From NCBI RefSeq assembly GCF_002105155.1, contig NW_019029006.1, positions 1 through 64,000 of the forward strand: 64,000 nucleotides of DNA, given 5' to 3'. This DNA is from Lobosporangium transversale. Taxonomy: Eukaryota. Positions 61,172 through 64,000 of the stretch are shown here, piece by piece. Position numbers and translations under genes: made by a program. Under the pieces are notes generated by a model that saw only the letters and a program-made list of their open reading frames with translations, was not told the DNA's origin and made no database searches. The number at the start of each line of letters is the position of its first letter. Position 1 is the first letter of the stretch.

Positions 61172-62700
61172 TTATACCAAAGCTTCCTGAACTCTTTCAC
61201 CTTGTAGAATCGTGATCGGTGGGGCTAATGGTGAAGATGTCTCTTTCAGCATACTAACAGATCTTACAAAGTCAAAGATCACAAAATTTAGAGCACCACC
61301 TGGAATCGCCAGAATGGCTCTTGCCTTTGTCCCCGCAAAAAATTTGAGAAATCCTTCTTTCTTCCAAATCTCCATAAATACATCCCACCATTTCAAACTC
61401 GGCATTGGTAGTTTGATCCCCGATCCATTCGTTGGTTGTAATCTTTGTTCAGTCTGGATCCGAGTTTTGACCATATCACTTGGTGAGGACAGTAGGACGC
61501 CTGCTAAGGATGCAATGCTTCCGGCTACAGAGGAAATGATCAACTGATGAAGCTCCGGTGGGGGGAAAGGCCTGGTGGATTCTAGTTGCAGTGATCGTAC
61601 AAATTGAATACCGTCCTTGACCCAGACCTTTGAGATTTCATAGGCTGGAAAATAGGCTGCAAAGAAAGGGATGGTAGACATGATGGTAGCAACGTAGCCA
61701 CGGAAGAGGAAGCGGACTCCTTCTTGTTTGAATTGAATTTTGAGTGACTCGGAGATGGGCATGGGTGGTGGTGGTTGAAGACGTTCATATGATCCAGTAA
61801 CGTATAGTGGTAGTTTGCTGGCTGCTGCAGTGGAAGTTGATGTAGCAGCTACAGTCGCTATTGCTGAAGCTCTTGTTGCAGTGGTTGAAGCTGTTACCAT
61901 TCCAGCAGCTTCAGGCATGATAACTGGAGCAACAGATGTGTTAGCTGAAGAGGCTGCTGCAGGTACCAGATTTCCTTGTGCTCCAGCTTTTGCAAGGGTG
62001 ATCTGTTGAGATATCTAAAAACATCAGTTTACAGAGCAAACGAGAAATAATGCTTGTAAGAAACAAATATCTTTTGTTTAGGTGAATAAGCACGCAGTGA
62101 ATGACTTCGCTACACCACGTCGCGTGTGCAGACAAATAGTGACATATAGGTACAGCGCAGCAACATGTGAATCGGATCAATTAAAAAATCATCCGGGATT
62201 GCTGCGTCATTGCATAAATCTATTTTTTGAAATGGAAACGTTTTTTTTTTTGAGTATAAATGCTCGCTTATGTTGGGTGTGGAAGAGCTTACCATATCAA
62301 AGGGCACTACAAAAAAAGTTGTGACAACTGCAGAGAAGGTACCGAGCACTCCACTCAAGACACTAGGGCTTTCAAGGATCTTGATATCGTAGTAGTTGTT
62401 CCCTTTGATCTGTTGCGCCAGGTAGTCGTATGTCGCAAATTGAAGGATCTTTGTTACAGTTAGGCCTGTACTAAAGACTGTCGCACCTGCATAGAGGGCA
62501 CGGACACCATTATTCTTCTGCACGTCTTTAATGACCTTGAAGATGGAAGATGAGACTGGGACAGAGGATTTGCGTTGTTGCAACAATCGCACTGTACGTA
62601 TGGGGTACATGAGCAAGATTGGTGGCACATTAAGTATTGTTCCATAGAAGTAGTACTTTTGAAAGTCGATTTTGGTTTTGTCAAGATCAGCAGGCGGCAT
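61172..62700 (-). CDS. Mitochondrial carrier family protein, SLC25A44-like, ~416 aa; exons 62700-62293, 62014-61172
   Basis: Three carrier repeats YPIRTVRLLQQ / VPFDMISQQI / SPSDMVKTRIQ with NGVRALYAG, EGVRFLFRGY and EGFLKFFAG. The N-terminal DLDKTK and degenerate repeats 1-2 resemble SLC25A44. Confidence 0.85.
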
Positions 62701-63116
62701 GCTGTTGTGCAGATGTCTCCCAATAAGGTTGTATTCAGGAACGAATGCAGAATAATCAGGTTAAGGTAGAGAAAAAAAAAAAAGTGTGTGTGTGAGAGAG
62801 AGAAGGGGAGAGAGAAGGGGAGAGAGAGAGGGAAAAGAGGAAAAAGAAGTTACTGAAGGAAAAATAAAGAATAGAAGGGAGAAGGAATGGAGGAAAGAAG
62901 GAAAGGATGGGAAGGAGTAGTTCAGCCGACTTGGGCGAAGGAGTATCACTAATTGCTCAATAAATGAGACCCTTAAGAGCCTTCTTTTCAATCACTCCTC
63001 CTTGAAAGTAAGTTCCTAGGCACGTTCTTAATGCCTTTGTCGAACACAAATGCATCGAATCGCCTTTTTCATCTCTCACATCTGTTCTCATCCTTAAAAG
63101 GGCTTCTCTTTTCTAT

Positions 63117-64000
63117 ATGACAACTCAAGAGCGACAGGGCCAAAATCGTACCCTTGAATGGGATGAGATCGCACCTCTTACAGACCTTCAGCGACAGAGT
63201 GTGTTTGACCTTCAGGATGCTTGTGCTGAGCTACCTTTACCTGCTAATGCAAGTTACTTTTATCTCCTTCCTCACATGACATGCGGGCAACAGCTATGAG
63301 ACATTATGCTTCTCCTTCCCCTTCTTTACTCGCAAGAGGGAAAAAAGATCACTTGCTGATACTGCAAAACCTAAATCCATTGGATATATGGACGAATGGA
63401 CATGGTGTGCTTTTCTTTTTTTTCTTTTTTTCTTTAAAAAAAAACAATAGCTTGCGATCACACACAGTTCCCCACTGCCTTCCAATAGATCCAATGCTGA
63501 CCTTGTAGGGCTAGCCAAGCAATATCCGCTTCATTCTTCTCCATTTCTGCAGCCAACAGTAGAAACAACCAACATGACAGGGGCTACACTTCCTAAATCG
63601 CGATTAGGAAGCTCCACTAATGTCGATGGGACCGCTATAGAGGATTATGCTTTTGCGACAACAATAGAGCCCATTGAGACAACACAACAGTTCCTGGATT
63701 GGTTTTCAACGATCGAAGTCGATATGGAGCGAGAACAGGAGGATGTCTATCGGTAAATATCTTTACCATTTCTTCAAAGGATAGCCTGGCAAATAATAAT
63801 GTCAATGACTGAGTCATTTACCGCTTACTCTTTATCTTATTTTATTCTCATCCTTGGCTTACTCCTTTGTAGGAACTATTTGACAGTTGTGATCTTGTAT
63901 AAAGAAGCATGCGACGTGTTCTTGAAGCAGATTGACGAGACATCAGAATGTTTCAAGAGTTTAGAGGGCCATTATGCATTTGTTGAGGAAAAGACAAGAG
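63117..64000 (+). CDS. COG3: Conserved oligomeric Golgi complex subunit 3 (Sec34), 5' part, truncated by the window end; exons 63117-63248, 63451-63752, 63873->64000
   Basis: EWDEIAPLTDLQRQSV and PIETTQQFLDWFSTIEVDMEREQEDVYRNYL...YAFVEEKT match the COG3 N-terminal pattern. Intron 1 is best read as GC-AG. Confidence 0.85.

Noticed and set aside
63096..63107. AAAAGGGCTTCT resembling the U11 snRNA 5' end
   Set aside because: The similarity stops after 12 nt and runs into the COG3 start codon.
1..64000. CRISPR arrays, rRNA, intact transposases or RT, bacterial/endosymbiont insertions
   Set aside because: None recognised. All identified genes are eukaryotic-type and mostly intron-containing.

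Overview
Intron-rich, gene-dense eukaryotic DNA from an early-diverging fungus. The gene content, short GT-AG introns and very long A/T homopolymers suggest Mucoromycota, probably Mortierellaceae; this is an inference. I assembled about 19 protein-coding gene models by hand, and the summed exon lengths of the complete models keep frame. They are: BIO3-BIO1, a GST, an MFSD10/TetA-like MFS transporter, a C2H2 transcription factor, an atypical GATA-finger protein, DCD1, ER cyclophilin B, separase, RIB4, VPS45, an AT-hook/DEUBAD protein, SMC2, DGAT1, a DDT/WHIM chromatin protein, an SLC25A44-like carrier, two uncharacterised membrane proteins, an orphan low-complexity ORF, and the 5' part of COG3. 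No rRNA, tRNA, CRISPR array or intact transposase was recognised. The most interesting leads are: a putative RAMA-like (candidate 6mA-reader) domain fused to DEUBAD; a GATA-like finger with a 36-residue spacer; recurrent T(n)A(n) tracts abutting 3' splice sites; two GC-AG introns; small TIR-bounded MITE-like elements; and a 4-TM gene invisible in the ORF track. All family assignments come from motif recognition, not database searches.
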